DNA of 64,000 nt from positions 32,551 to 96,550 of IMG/VR virus record IMGVR_UViG_3300026521_000088; one strand, 5' to 3'. This DNA comes from a virus (lineage: Duplodnaviria; Heunggongvirae; Uroviricota; Caudoviricetes). The translations under genes were made by a program, and so were the position numbers. The notes beneath the pieces are model-generated. The model did no database searches. It saw only the letters and a program-made list of their open reading frames with translations, and was not told the origin of the DNA. Positions 1-10,230 of the stretch are shown piece by piece; the first letter of the stretch is position 1, and every line of letters starts with the position of its first letter.

Positions 1-888
1 TACATCATTTTCGTAATCTCTAGTAGATGTAGCTGGTTCTATTAAGTCTAAATTTTTATAAATTCCATAAGATGTAATATTACCATTCTCATCACACTCT
101 TCATAATACTCTTCTCTTTTTAAATCACTTAATGTAGTATCATACTCATGTATTACAAACTGTAAATCTTCTATAACACCATTAGCTGTAGGGTCTAATA
201 TAACATTTCTAGTATCACATACAGTATACATAGGTTGGTTTTTAACTAATTTATATTCAGGTACTTGTACTACTTCTGTACCTTTTTGTACTGGTTGTCC
301 AGACTCTATAATTTGTTGTGCTTGTTCTTCAGACATCTCACCAGATTCTAATGCTTGTTGTATAATCTGTAATGACTCTTCTGGAGAAGCATATACAGGT
401 ACTTCTTTATCTACCATTACTTCTTCTTCATCAGTTTCCCAACCAGTCTTTACAATAACTATACCATCTGTAGCAATAGTTCTAGATATGTTATTTATTA
501 ATCTTACTTTATCTACTTTAGTAGACCATTGATAATTTATAAGTAATTCATTTTGTTTAGCTTTATCAACATCTTCAAATGTTCTAGGTTTTAATTGAAA
601 CATATCTACAGTATTTAAAAATGGTTCTTCTAATGCAGGTATTTTCCACTCTAATTGTTTTCTAATCAATTTAGGTCTAGTAGAACTTTTACCTTTAGGA
701 ACTTTTATCATAGGACCACCATCTAGATATAGTTCTCTTCTATCTAAATCAGCTATTACAACAGCTTGGTCTGATTGTGCATCAACATAGTTATTATATA
801 AATCTTTAAATGATGGTTGATTTTTCCAACAAGGTTGTAACTCTTCTGGTTCTATTAAACCTACATCTTTTAATACATTATCATCCAA
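1..888 (-). CDS. N-terminal ~295 codons of a larger protein that continues beyond the window start; function unknown (structural/late module)
   Basis: Uninterrupted minus-strand reading frame from a TTG at 886-888 (preceded by GAAAGGA SD-like sequence, stop TAA just upstream) to position 1; first in-frame ATG is ~50 codons in. Not in the ORF track because it has no stop within the window. Confidence 0.45.
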   Translation of the reverse strand, partial: MDDNVLKDVGLIEPEELQPCWKNQPSFKDLYNNYVDAQSDQAVVIADLDRRELYLDGGPMIKVPKGKSSTRPKLIRKQLEWKIPALEEPFLNTVDMFQLKPRTFEDVDKAKQNELLINYQWSTKVDKVRLINNISRTIATDGIVIVKTGWETDEEEVMVDKEVPVYASPEESLQIIQQALESGEMSEEQAQQIIESGQPVQKGTEVVQVPEYKLVKNQPMYTVCDTRNVILDPTANGVIEDLQFVIHEYDTTLSDLKREEYYEECDENGNITSYGIYKNLDLIEPATSTRDYENDV

Positions 889-945
889 TATAATCCTTTC
901 TTATATTTATATTAAAGTATATCTTAATATACCTTAAAGTATAAA

Positions 946-1503
946 TTATTTTAGTTCATCTCTTATATAACTCATAGTTAAACAGGGACAATCTTTAGTA
1001 ACTTTAGGTAACTCATTATGCCCAATAATATCTGTATTTTTTAAATTATACATATCTTTTAAAGTATTTAATGTAGTGATTAATGTTTTATGTTGTGCAT
1101 CTGTCATATTATCATAGTCAGCAATATATTTACCTTTAATAATACCTTTAATACCACCAGCATATACTACACCTATAGTACTTCTATTGTAACCTTTAGC
1201 ATGAGCTCCAGCATTATCTACCCATCTACCTTTCTCTAAAGTACCATCTCTTTTTATAAGGTAGTGGTAACCTATACCAGACCAACCTCTATCTAAATGC
1301 CAACCATCTACCATTTTAGCATCTACACTAGTATTTGAACTAGAAGAAGCAGTACAATGTACTACTATTTTCTTAATATCTCTTTTATCAGTTTTATATA
1401 GTTTTGTAGGGTTTAATACTTTACCCACAGAACTAAATTTTTTATTTCTTTTCATTGCTACTCTTTGTATTAAATTCTTTATTATAAAGTTTATTTTGTT
1501 CAT
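946..1503 (-). CDS. N-acetylmuramoyl-L-alanine amidase (Amidase_2 / PGRP / T7-lysozyme-like endolysin)
   Basis: Translated ORF shows Amidase_2 hallmarks: ...KKIVVHCTASS..., ...AGAHAKGYNRSTIGVVYAGG..., ...GHNELPKVTKDCPC (zinc-ligand His/His/Cys pattern of T7 lysozyme family). Sits at the end of the membrane-protein/lysis cluster. Confidence 0.8.
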   Translation of the reverse strand: MNKINFIIKNLIQRVAMKRNKKFSSVGKVLNPTKLYKTDKRDIKKIVVHCTASSSSNTSVDAKMVDGWHLDRGWSGIGYHYLIKRDGTLEKGRWVDNAGAHAKGYNRSTIGVVYAGGIKGIIKGKYIADYDNMTDAQHKTLITTLNTLKDMYNLKNTDIIGHNELPKVTKDCPCLTMSYIRDELK

Positions 1504-1686
1504 TTAAAACTTTACAACATTGTTTGTACTCTTTAAATTTTTTAAAAAATTCTTGCATCTTATCCATAGGTGCTTTAAACATTTTCATAATATACCTCAT
1601 ATTCTAATGGAGTATCAGTATAGTTAATATCATACATAATCATTGTTGGGTACTCTGGTTCTATATATACAGTTTCTGTACACCCG

Positions 1687-1920
1687 CTAAAGAGAAATAG
1701 TATGCTTACCGATAGTATCAGATACTTCATCTTTTTTACCTTCTTTAAATAATTTTACTTGCTTTATAGAAAATACTTTAACTTTTTCTACATTTTGTTT
1801 ATGTACTTCTTTTTGTACAATCTCAGTTTCTTTAAATTTAGCTAATTTATTATTTAAAGTATATAAGTTAAATAATAAATAACATATAATACAAGCCAGT
1901 ACACTTAAAAAATAATTCAT
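1687..1920 (-). CDS. small membrane-anchored protein (N-terminal TM helix, charged C-terminus); lysis accessory (holin/antiholin/spanin-like) candidate
   Basis: Hydrophobic N-terminus MNYFLSVLACIICYLLFNLY then Lys/Glu-rich tail; position between holin-like genes and endolysin. Confidence 0.4.
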   Translation of the reverse strand: MNYFLSVLACIICYLLFNLYTLNNKLAKFKETEIVQKEVHKQNVEKVKVFSIKQVKLFKEGKKDEVSDTIGKHTISL

Positions 1921-2002
1921 ATATCAGAATACCTACTATATGTACTACATTTTATATAATGTATTTTAAATGGTTCTGATATATACTTATAAAACTTTTT
2001 AA

Positions 2003-2245
2003 TCATACTTTTCTCCATACATCTTTATTATCATGTGGTATAACTCTCCATACTAATATTGTTAGTAAAAATATTAAAGTAAGTATCATAGAATCTGTAT
2101 AATGTAATGCACCAAATACTCCTGCTAAACCAACACTTATAGTTGTAAGTGTTGTTGATATACTAGCTTGTAAAGAGTTAGTTTTCCATAATAAGATAAG
2201 CATAGCACTAGATGATAAGTATAATAGCATAAATTCTGTTATCAT
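2003..2245 (-). CDS. small membrane protein (2-3 TM), holin-like
   Basis: 80 aa, almost entirely hydrophobic segments (LLYLSSSAMLILLW..., TLTTISVGLAGVFGALHY..., LIFLLTILVW) with basic C-terminus; overlaps upstream gene by 4 nt (ATGA). Confidence 0.45.
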   Translation of the reverse strand: MITEFMLLYLSSSAMLILLWKTNSLQASISTTLTTISVGLAGVFGALHYTDSMILTLIFLLTILVWRVIPHDNKDVWRKV

Positions 2246-2688
2246 TTTTTATCTCCTATTAATTTATCTACTAATCTTGATGGAATATGTGTAATATATT
2301 CCCATATAGGTACAGCTAATGTAGTAAGCCATATAGTTAACATAAACCAAAATGATGGTATAAGCTCTATTGCTACATTATTACCTAAAATATATGTAAG
2401 AATAGCATTACCACCACCTATAAATAATAAAAATGATGACACTGATAATATAGCACCTATAAAAAAAGCTTTTACTAATTCTAAGTTTAAACTTTTTAAA
2501 CATTCTGTATTATTATGTTCATGTTGTTTCTTTAAAATACCATAATCATAATATGCAGAACCCATACTTACAAAAGCTCCTATAAATGCTAAAATACCAT
2601 ATATAGGGTCTGTAAATAAAACCATAGTGGACATAAATCCTCCACTAGCTGATGCAGCTTTAATAGCTGCTGTTGTTTGGTTAATCAT
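2242..2688 (-). CDS. membrane protein (about 4 TM helices), holin-like
   Basis: 148 aa with four long hydrophobic stretches; adjacent to other lysis genes. Confidence 0.45.
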   Translation of the reverse strand: MINQTTAAIKAASASGGFMSTMVLFTDPIYGILAFIGAFVSMGSAYYDYGILKKQHEHNNTECLKSLNLELVKAFFIGAILSVSSFLLFIGGGNAILTYILGNNVAIELIPSFWFMLTIWLTTLAVPIWEYITHIPSRLVDKLIGDKK

Positions 2689-2751
2689 ACCAAATATCCT
2701 TTAATTTAAATATATAATTATACACTATTATAAATAATACTTATATTATAT

Positions 2752-3978
2752 TTAATATCTTACATCCCAACCTCTGTCTTCTAATGTATCAGCATTATCT
2801 TTACCGTCATCACTAGGTTCTTCTTTATTGTCTTCTAAGTACACACTACCATCTTCTATACCACTATCAACTAAAGCTTGTAATATGTTATCTAGTGCTT
2901 CTTGATCTAAATTGTTTTCATTAAAATTTATATATGTAAGTTTTTCTATTTTATCTAAACCTAATGGTTCTTCATAACAACTACATCTCAAACAATCTAA
3001 ATACTCAAGATTCACCATAGTATCACCAAAATCTAATTGATGGTCTACATAATGTTGTCCACAAATATCTATATGTGTAAGTTTAGGTAAATCTTTTAAT
3101 CCATTAACATTTGATAAACCTCCTTCATAATGTCCAGGTCCCCATATTCTACTAACATCAACATACTCTAACTCAGTTAAACTACTTAAATTATCTAAAT
3201 CACCTATCAAACCATCGTTGTGAGCAAGGTCTATATATTTTAATTTTTTACAATTATGCAAATCAGCTATTCTACCATCTAAAAAAGTAAATGGTAATTT
3301 TAATACTTCTAAATTAGGACAATCTATAAATTTACCGTATAAAGTACCACCATTAAAACCACCACCATACCAAGCACCTCTTGATTGTATATATCTTAAA
3401 TTAGGCATATTATTAAAGTAATAATCTAGTTTAGTCCTAATATGTGTACCCTCTACATTTAAGTATTCTAGTTTATGCATATTTTGCAAACAAGTAACAG
3501 GTCCTGTTATAGGTGTATCGTATAGACTTAATGTTTTTAAATTTACAAGATTTTTTAAATTATCAAAAGAATCTGTAAAACTATCATTTAAATCACTTAA
3601 TGTTAAATGTTCTAAAGTAGTACACATACTAATATTAGCTAAACCAGAACTAAACCCAGCATGTTTAAAATATAACTTTTTTAATTTAGTAAAATATGTT
3701 AATCTAGGTAATGGGCTATTAGGAATATCATTACCATTTTTATCTACAGGTCTTATCCATACCCCACCATTTACACCTATTTCAGTAAACTCTGTACCTT
3801 CTATAAAATTTAATTTATTAACACCAAATTTGAATGTGAATGGTGTACCTGTTTCTACATATTCATCATTAATGTACATGAATTTAGTATCACCTTCAAA
3901 TTGTTGTATTGGGTCACTTAATGTATTACCCAAAAACCAATACCACATAACAGGGAATGGGAATTTTTTACTATACAT
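2752..3978 (-). CDS. leucine-rich repeat (LRR) protein
   Basis: Repeated L-x-x-L-x-L-x-x-N/T units (e.g. LEHLTLSDLNDSFTDSFDNLKNLVNLKTLSLYDTPITG..., LEYLNVEGTHIRT..., LKYIDLAHNDGLIGDLDNLSSLTELEYVDVS), typical of BspA/internalin-type LRR folds. Confidence 0.6.
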   Translation of the reverse strand: MYSKKFPFPVMWYWFLGNTLSDPIQQFEGDTKFMYINDEYVETGTPFTFKFGVNKLNFIEGTEFTEIGVNGGVWIRPVDKNGNDIPNSPLPRLTYFTKLKKLYFKHAGFSSGLANISMCTTLEHLTLSDLNDSFTDSFDNLKNLVNLKTLSLYDTPITGPVTCLQNMHKLEYLNVEGTHIRTKLDYYFNNMPNLRYIQSRGAWYGGGFNGGTLYGKFIDCPNLEVLKLPFTFLDGRIADLHNCKKLKYIDLAHNDGLIGDLDNLSSLTELEYVDVSRIWGPGHYEGGLSNVNGLKDLPKLTHIDICGQHYVDHQLDFGDTMVNLEYLDCLRCSCYEEPLGLDKIEKLTYINFNENNLDQEALDNILQALVDSGIEDGSVYLEDNKEEPSDDGKDNADTLEDRGWDVRY

Positions 3979-3990
3979 AATTTTCCTTTA

Positions 3991-4476
3991 TTATTTAAAT
4001 ACACCAAATTTTAAAGCTTTAGCCATATCATTTGGTGATGTTTTACAAGGTATAAGATTTCTAAATTCTGGTATATACAATTGAAGTTCTTTAGTACATA
4101 CTTCACTACAAAAACTTTTAGTTTTATCTTCATGTATATTTTTAAATACAAACCCTAATAAACCTAAATAATCATACTTTTCTTTTTTCAATACTCTCTG
4201 TTCGCACCTAGCTCTAATAGTATCTTCATCTTGTTTAGATATATTTAATTTTAATCTATCCCAAGCTGTACCTGTAAAGCTATGTTTTTTAAATCTTACT
4301 TTATTTTCATAAGAACTAGCACTAAACATCATACCATCTGAGAAAACTATTTCTACATGACTATATGTATATTTCCATTTACCATTTAATTTATAAGACA
4401 ATGGAGAAGTCCACCATCTTACAAATTTACCATAAATACTTCCATAGTTGTTACCATAAAATGCTAAATACATCAT
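3991..4476 (-). CDS. permuted papain-fold peptidase (NlpC/P60 superfamily, YiiX/C92-like); putative peptidoglycan peptidase
   Basis: YSHVEIVFSDG ... KSFCSEVCTKEL matches the YiiX-type arrangement (SHVG-IY His motif preceding a C-S-E-[LV]-V catalytic Cys motif). Confidence 0.5.
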   Translation of the reverse strand: MMYLAFYGNNYGSIYGKFVRWWTSPLSYKLNGKWKYTYSHVEIVFSDGMMFSASSYENKVRFKKHSFTGTAWDRLKLNISKQDEDTIRARCEQRVLKKEKYDYLGLLGFVFKNIHEDKTKSFCSEVCTKELQLYIPEFRNLIPCKTSPNDMAKALKFGVFK

Positions 4477-4835
4477 AAAAAAGAACCTATTTTAAAAGGT
4501 CTAAAGTTATATACTTCTCTACCTTTACTATCTATATGTTTTATAGGTTTATCATAAGGATATACAGATTTATACTTATTTAACTTACTTTTATGTTTTT
4601 TTAGTCTTATGGTATAATATGTACCTAAATCTTTTAACATTTTATATTTTTTTAAATCTAATTTTAATACTCTTGCTAAAGTTAGTGATTTATTACCATT
4701 TTTTTTGATAGGTGTTAATATACATCCTGTACAAAAAGATTTGGTTTCTTCATTATAGTGACCATCTTTTATTAATTGTTTTTTTAAGGCTTTTAAATCA
4801 GAACAATATATTATTCTATCATTGTATTTTTTCAT
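4473..4835 (-). CDS. hypothetical basic protein
   Basis: 120-aa ORF, Lys-rich, overlaps neighbours by 4 nt in an operon-like array. Confidence 0.4.
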   Translation of the reverse strand: MKKYNDRIIYCSDLKALKKQLIKDGHYNEETKSFCTGCILTPIKKNGNKSLTLARVLKLDLKKYKMLKDLGTYYTIRLKKHKSKLNKYKSVYPYDKPIKHIDSKGREVYNFRPFKIGSFL

Positions 4836-4844
4836 ATTATTCCT

Positions 4845-6287
4845 CTATATTAAATTCAACTCTATATCAGTTAAGACATTTTGATATATCTTTAAGTTAG
4901 ATATATGCCCAAACAAGCAACCAGCTGAAACATCTACATCTGCACCACCAATAGATATGTAAGAACCATAGTCATAAGTATTAGTTAAACCTTTATTAGT
5001 AGTAGATTGTAATACACCATTAACATATACTTTAATTATACCTTCACTAAAGACAGTACCTACTCTCTTAAGTGTAGTATTATCAAACTCTTCACCAAAG
5101 TATATTGAAGACATGGTATCATCATCTACAAATAATTTATTGTTATGACTATAACTAAACCCTGCTACAAATTTATCATTACCTGTACTATCAATAAAAA
5201 CTAAAGCTTTAGCTCTATCAGTAGTATCTGTACCGTAAGAGTTTGCAGTATATACTAATGTAAAATCTCTATAAGGTAGATTATCATTTTTACTTAGTAC
5301 ACATTTTTCACCAACTCTAGTAACTTCATCATCTGTTGTAGGAATATAAGAAGTAGCAAAAGGTAATTTCTCTAATTGATTACCCCATACATAAAAATAA
5401 TCATCTGTTACACCATCATTAGTTAAATAAAGTAAATCCATATAATCATCACCATCACTATCTGTATCAGAAGTGCTTGTAATAGATAGTCTAAACCAAC
5501 CGTTTGCTAGAGCTTCTATAGTAGCATTATCAGCACCCCTATTATCAGTAATTTCACCAGTATTTAAATCAAAATCTACAGCACAACCATCACCAAATGT
5601 ATTAGCATGAAATCTTAATGTAAATAAACCATTAGTTGTACCATTTTTTACAAACCAACTACTAGTATATGTAACTTCATCTTCACTTGTACCTCGTCTA
5701 TATATATATACAGAACCATCTTCTGTAACTGTAACTTTAGCTGCTTCTGTAGCATTATTAGGTGCTGTTGAGTCATTATCTGTGATAGAACATCTAGCAT
5801 TTGAAAATGCATCATCAGTTATTTGACTATATAGTTTTATATTTGTACTAGGACCTTCTACAAGTAAACCATCTTTTTCAAATCTAGGTACATGTGCATC
5901 TACAGTTCGTAAAACACCATATCTATCAATAAATGTAGCAGAACCATCTCTAGTAAATTCTATTGGGCCATTACCTGCTTTTAAGTCTAGATTATTTATT
6001 AAAGGTGCATCAACTATTGGTTGTGATATATTAGATACTAACATATTTAAGTCTCTACTGCTATAAACTGTAGAGCCTGATTTAGTTAAATCGTTTGTAA
6101 TATCTAAACTCCCATTTACTACCCCATCTTCATCATTTTTAATAGTTCTATCATTTAAAATCTTAGCTTGTTTAGCACTAACAGATTTAGTACTATCATC
6201 TGTATTTACATCATCTACTATGTTATCTAATATAGAATTAGTTACATGCTCTTTACTAGCTATTACTACCTTATCACCACTAGCCAT
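4845..6287 (-). CDS. tail fibre / receptor-binding protein with C-terminal LamG (concanavalin-like) domain
   Basis: Asp/Thr/Ser/Asn-rich beta-type composition; C-terminus ...GCLFGHISNLKIYQNVLTDIELNLI resembles the LamG/pentraxin-like end motif also present three times in the 665-aa fibre protein. Confidence 0.55.
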   Translation of the reverse strand: MASGDKVVIASKEHVTNSILDNIVDDVNTDDSTKSVSAKQAKILNDRTIKNDEDGVVNGSLDITNDLTKSGSTVYSSRDLNMLVSNISQPIVDAPLINNLDLKAGNGPIEFTRDGSATFIDRYGVLRTVDAHVPRFEKDGLLVEGPSTNIKLYSQITDDAFSNARCSITDNDSTAPNNATEAAKVTVTEDGSVYIYRRGTSEDEVTYTSSWFVKNGTTNGLFTLRFHANTFGDGCAVDFDLNTGEITDNRGADNATIEALANGWFRLSITSTSDTDSDGDDYMDLLYLTNDGVTDDYFYVWGNQLEKLPFATSYIPTTDDEVTRVGEKCVLSKNDNLPYRDFTLVYTANSYGTDTTDRAKALVFIDSTGNDKFVAGFSYSHNNKLFVDDDTMSSIYFGEEFDNTTLKRVGTVFSEGIIKVYVNGVLQSTTNKGLTNTYDYGSYISIGGADVDVSAGCLFGHISNLKIYQNVLTDIELNLI

Positions 6288-7321
6288 TATATCTCCTCTA
6301 AGATAATATCACCATTATCTATATATAATTTATAATTTGTATCTGTACTAGCATCATCATATACTGTATCTGTACTAGATGTTTGTAGTTTTGTAGCTTT
6401 ATTAGACTCTAAAGTATCTATGTCACTTTGCAATTCCTCTAATCCAGCTTGTACATCAGTACTAGTTAAATTACCACTAGCTTCTACTTTAATCTCACTA
6501 GCTTTTTCTTCTATATTTCTATTAACTAATGTCCAATCATCTATACTTCCAGCATCATCTACTTCAGCTATTAATGTATCACCTATAGCTACTGATACAT
6601 CATAAAATTCTCCAGCTACAGTTACAGTATACATATCACCAATAGATATAGTTCCAGTATCTGGGTTATCATCTAGGTTTGGTTCATTAGCATCTGCATC
6701 ATAACTACCTTTGTAACTCATTTCACTAGCTACAGCAGCATCTACTTGCTCTTTAATAGCACTATTTATAAGTTCTGGTGTGTATCTATATACAGTATCA
6801 TCTGATGTATCTTTAATTTGATCATCAGTAGCTACAGATACTCTATTGTTATAAGCAGTCTCTATCTCTTCATCTGTTTGGTCAGCAGTAGCTCCAGATT
6901 CAATACCGTCTAATTTATCTCCATCAGCAGAAACATCTCTACCATCTACTGTACCATCTGTTACTAAATTACCAACTGATAAATCACCATCAATAGAAGC
7001 AGTACCATCAGCATTTAAAGTCATACTTTCTAGTACATTACCATCTTTATCTTTTAAAGTGAATGCAGTGGATAAGCCATCTGAAGCTACCGTAAGTTCA
7101 GCATATTTTGTACTAGCATCATCAGCTGTTTTATTAGCCCATAATTGTACTACTCTATCATCTGTAACAATAGGAGTATCTTCTGTTAAAGCTACAGTAA
7201 ATTTTTTAGTAACTACATTCTCTTCATCATCTCGCATAAAACCCATTTCATCTAAGTCTTCTATAAGTTTAAGTAAGAAGACACCAAAAGGGTCTATTAT
7301 ACGATTATAATTTATAATCAT
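6287..7321 (-). CDS. acidic tail-fibre-like structural protein
   Basis: 344 aa, very Asp/Thr/Ser rich, contiguous (ATGA-type overlap) with fibre genes on both sides. Confidence 0.45.
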   Translation of the reverse strand: MIINYNRIIDPFGVFLLKLIEDLDEMGFMRDDEENVVTKKFTVALTEDTPIVTDDRVVQLWANKTADDASTKYAELTVASDGLSTAFTLKDKDGNVLESMTLNADGTASIDGDLSVGNLVTDGTVDGRDVSADGDKLDGIESGATADQTDEEIETAYNNRVSVATDDQIKDTSDDTVYRYTPELINSAIKEQVDAAVASEMSYKGSYDADANEPNLDDNPDTGTISIGDMYTVTVAGEFYDVSVAIGDTLIAEVDDAGSIDDWTLVNRNIEEKASEIKVEASGNLTSTDVQAGLEELQSDIDTLESNKATKLQTSSTDTVYDDASTDTNYKLYIDNGDIILEEI

Positions 7322-7575
7322 ACATTAATCCTTGTTATCTTACCAGTACCTTCAGTACTTCTAAAATATATAGTTTTATCTTGAGGTACAGCTATTGATA
7401 GTTTAATATCTAATATATTCCAACCTTGTTGATCTACATCATCAAATTGATATTTTAAGTCATATTTAGCACTATTTTGTATAACACAACTTTGGTCAGT
7501 TTCTAATTTATATAAAGTACCTGGTTTTAAATAAGTACCTTTATCATCATTATCTATATCTACAGCATCTGCCAT
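7318..7575 (-). CDS. small structural protein (hypothetical)
   Basis: 85-aa ORF, overlaps the downstream gene by 4 nt. Confidence 0.4.
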   Translation of the reverse strand: MADAVDIDNDDKGTYLKPGTLYKLETDQSCVIQNSAKYDLKYQFDDVDQQGWNILDIKLSIAVPQDKTIYFRSTEGTGKITRINV

Positions 7576-7642
7576 TTATATCCTTTATTGTTTATTTAGT
7601 TTAACCAAATATTATTATACCTTATTACAAAATATTAGTAAA

Positions 7643-8212
7643 CTAATTTAATATAGTATTTTTTATATTTTGTAATTCATTAATAGATTTACAGTTATTG
7701 ACTTTAGATTCTTTATCCCATTTATTATGAATTTTATTAACCAATGCTTTTTTAACAATATTTAAAATAATGTCTATATCACCATCTTGTAAAGTTTCAA
7801 ATGTGTTATCTGCTGTTTTTATAGTATCTAAATTTAAATCTTTAATAAGTTGTAAATTTTCTAAATCCTCTTTAGAACAATCTACATAATACCCTAATGT
7901 AGAGTCTACTTTAAATCTATTATTTTGTAGGTACTGTTTTTTAATATCTTTTTTAAATTTATTTTTTATAACATCTAAAGGTAACTCTACTTGTTCTACT
8001 ATTTTTATAGCTCTACCATCTACTATCTTATAAGATATTTTACCTGGTTTATAAAAATAAGTATCTATATTTGTAGTATCCTTTATTCTAAAGTACCCAG
8101 CTTTTATTAATTCTTCATCTGTTAATTTATTTGTATACTTTCTAAATTTACCTAGCAACACTGTTCTAGGTAAATCTTCCACTTTTTGTGTATTGTTATT
8201 ATAATATTTCAT
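7643..8212 (-). CDS. hypothetical protein (structural module)
   Basis: 189-aa ORF with SD-like sequence upstream; no recognisable motif. Confidence 0.45.
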   Translation of the reverse strand: MKYYNNNTQKVEDLPRTVLLGKFRKYTNKLTDEELIKAGYFRIKDTTNIDTYFYKPGKISYKIVDGRAIKIVEQVELPLDVIKNKFKKDIKKQYLQNNRFKVDSTLGYYVDCSKEDLENLQLIKDLNLDTIKTADNTFETLQDGDIDIILNIVKKALVNKIHNKWDKESKVNNCKSINELQNIKNTILN

Positions 8213-8221
8213 ATCTAATCC

Positions 8222-10219
8222 TTATATAAGTTCTTCCAATTCTTTAGTGTATATAGTATGTTGTTCTGTACTATTTAATGCTCTATTATATACTCTTACA
8301 TTTTTAATATTACCTTTAAAAAAATCTGATGTATCACTACCATCATATTCTTGACCTAAACTAACTTTATCAATATCACTAAAATCAAAACTATAATCAT
8401 ATTCTAATATTTTATCATTATTAATTGTACATACTAGATTATCATCTATAGTTATACAAGCAAAATACCATTTATTATCAGTATATGTGTTATCTACAGT
8501 ACCAGAAGCATTTTCACCATCTAACACTAAAAATGTTTTATTGCTGTTAAAAGCTAATCTTATTTTATTATCTCCATCAGAATCATGACATGAAAAAACC
8601 TGATTACTATAATCATCGTCAGAGTCTGTTACATCTGTTTTAAACCAAAAAGTTATACTACAAGTATTTACATCTTTAAGTGAATTTGATAATTCATTTA
8701 TATTTATATAGCTAGATGTACCATTAAATAAAGCACTATTATTATCATATTCTATATCTGTATCTGTTCCATCATATTGCTTAACCCAGTGATCTTCACT
8801 AGATATAGCTAATTTATAATAAGCCATTAACCCATTATCTATTATAGGTTCTCTAGTTATCTTTTCATAATTATATATAGTTTTTATTTCTTCTTGTGTT
8901 AAAGCTCTATCATATACACGGACGTTTGAAATATTACCATTTAACTCATATCTAATATCACTACCATCATCACTATTATCAAAAGCTCCAAACAACTGTC
9001 TATAATAGTCAGTAGTTTCCCAGAAGTTAAAATCAGCACTACCTACTTCCTCAAGGTTAACATACAACTTATAGGTGTTATCATCCTTTTGAAGTACTGT
9101 ATAGTACCAAATATCTGTAGTAACAGTAGCATCGGTTGTGAATACAGTTGTATAACTATAGTCATCATGATGACCTTCTCTTCCTGCTAACTGCAATTTA
9201 TTCCCATCTGTAATATTTAGGTCAAGATTACTCCAACCAGCATCAGGTTGCGATATGTGCAATAGCCTAGTTTCTTTATCAAGTTCGCCATTAATTTTAA
9301 ACCAAAAACTTACACAAGTTTGTAGTCCTAGTGCTATATTATCTTCCACTAATTCTACTCTTGTGTTACTACCCTCACCACCAAAACTCCCAGCAATCCC
9401 CATTTCTGTCGCAGCATAAGTCAAGCCTCCATTTTCAGTACCATTATAGTTACCAGTCAAATCTTCAGCAGTACCATCTAATGGATAGTGAGCTACTAAA
9501 CCACTTATAGCTTGTGTTGGGTCACAATCATACTTTAATTGAGTGTATAACATTTCTACTTCTTGTGGGTTTAATGCTCTGTTGTAGATTTCTACTTGAT
9601 CAATCAAACCATTAAAATAATACTCCTCACTCCGTTTACCTATAGTTACAGTTGTATCATCACCTGAACCTATATAATCATCATCTAAATTACCTTTTTG
9701 TTCGATATTACTAATATATAATATTGCAGAGTTTGTACCATCAAAAATAGCAACTACTGAATATAATGTATCATTTTCTAAAGTAGTATCTGATTGAACA
9801 TTTTTACCATCTTCATTTTTAAAAGTTACTATTAATTTACTATCATAAAGTCCAATAGTATGTTCAGAATTACCAATATCTATAAGTAATTGAAACTTAC
9901 TTATATCTACTGAACTAAAAACAAAAGATACAGAATAAGTAGATAGTGATGATATTTCAATCTCAGTATCAATCTTGCTTGTGTCACCATTAAAACTACC
10001 AGCATATCCAAATTTACCATTTTCATAAGTAATATCAGTAGCTACACCATCATAATTACCTAACAAATCAGTAGCATCACCATCTAATAAGTATTTAGCT
10101 ATCAAACTACCATCATTAAATGGATCTGTACTGCTTACTAAATTCTTACTAGGCATACTTGGACAAGTTCCAGTAGATATTCCATTACAAGTTATACTTC
10201 TACAAGCTTCTAAACTCAT
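8222..10219 (-). CDS. tail fibre / receptor-binding protein with three LamG (concanavalin A-like lectin) repeats
   Basis: Three repeats each ending in a LamG-type motif: ...IDQVEIYNRALNPQEVEMLY, ...ISNVRVYDRALTQEEIKTIYNYE, ...IKNVRVYNRALNSTEQHTIYT; each preceded by GNYDG/GNYNG... glycine-rich strands. Confidence 0.6.
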   Translation of the reverse strand: MSLEACRSITCNGISTGTCPSMPSKNLVSSTDPFNDGSLIAKYLLDGDATDLLGNYDGVATDITYENGKFGYAGSFNGDTSKIDTEIEISSLSTYSVSFVFSSVDISKFQLLIDIGNSEHTIGLYDSKLIVTFKNEDGKNVQSDTTLENDTLYSVVAIFDGTNSAILYISNIEQKGNLDDDYIGSGDDTTVTIGKRSEEYYFNGLIDQVEIYNRALNPQEVEMLYTQLKYDCDPTQAISGLVAHYPLDGTAEDLTGNYNGTENGGLTYAATEMGIAGSFGGEGSNTRVELVEDNIALGLQTCVSFWFKINGELDKETRLLHISQPDAGWSNLDLNITDGNKLQLAGREGHHDDYSYTTVFTTDATVTTDIWYYTVLQKDDNTYKLYVNLEEVGSADFNFWETTDYYRQLFGAFDNSDDGSDIRYELNGNISNVRVYDRALTQEEIKTIYNYEKITREPIIDNGLMAYYKLAISSEDHWVKQYDGTDTDIEYDNNSALFNGTSSYININELSNSLKDVNTCSITFWFKTDVTDSDDDYSNQVFSCHDSDGDNKIRLAFNSNKTFLVLDGENASGTVDNTYTDNKWYFACITIDDNLVCTINNDKILEYDYSFDFSDIDKVSLGQEYDGSDTSDFFKGNIKNVRVYNRALNSTEQHTIYTKELEELI

Positions 10220-10230
10220 ATATACCTACC

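Noticed and set aside
1-888. Calling the truncated left-end ORF a portal protein
   Set aside because: Its position downstream of the lysis cassette, and the absence of any diagnostic motif in the 295 residues visible, make a portal call unsupported. It is left as hypothetical.
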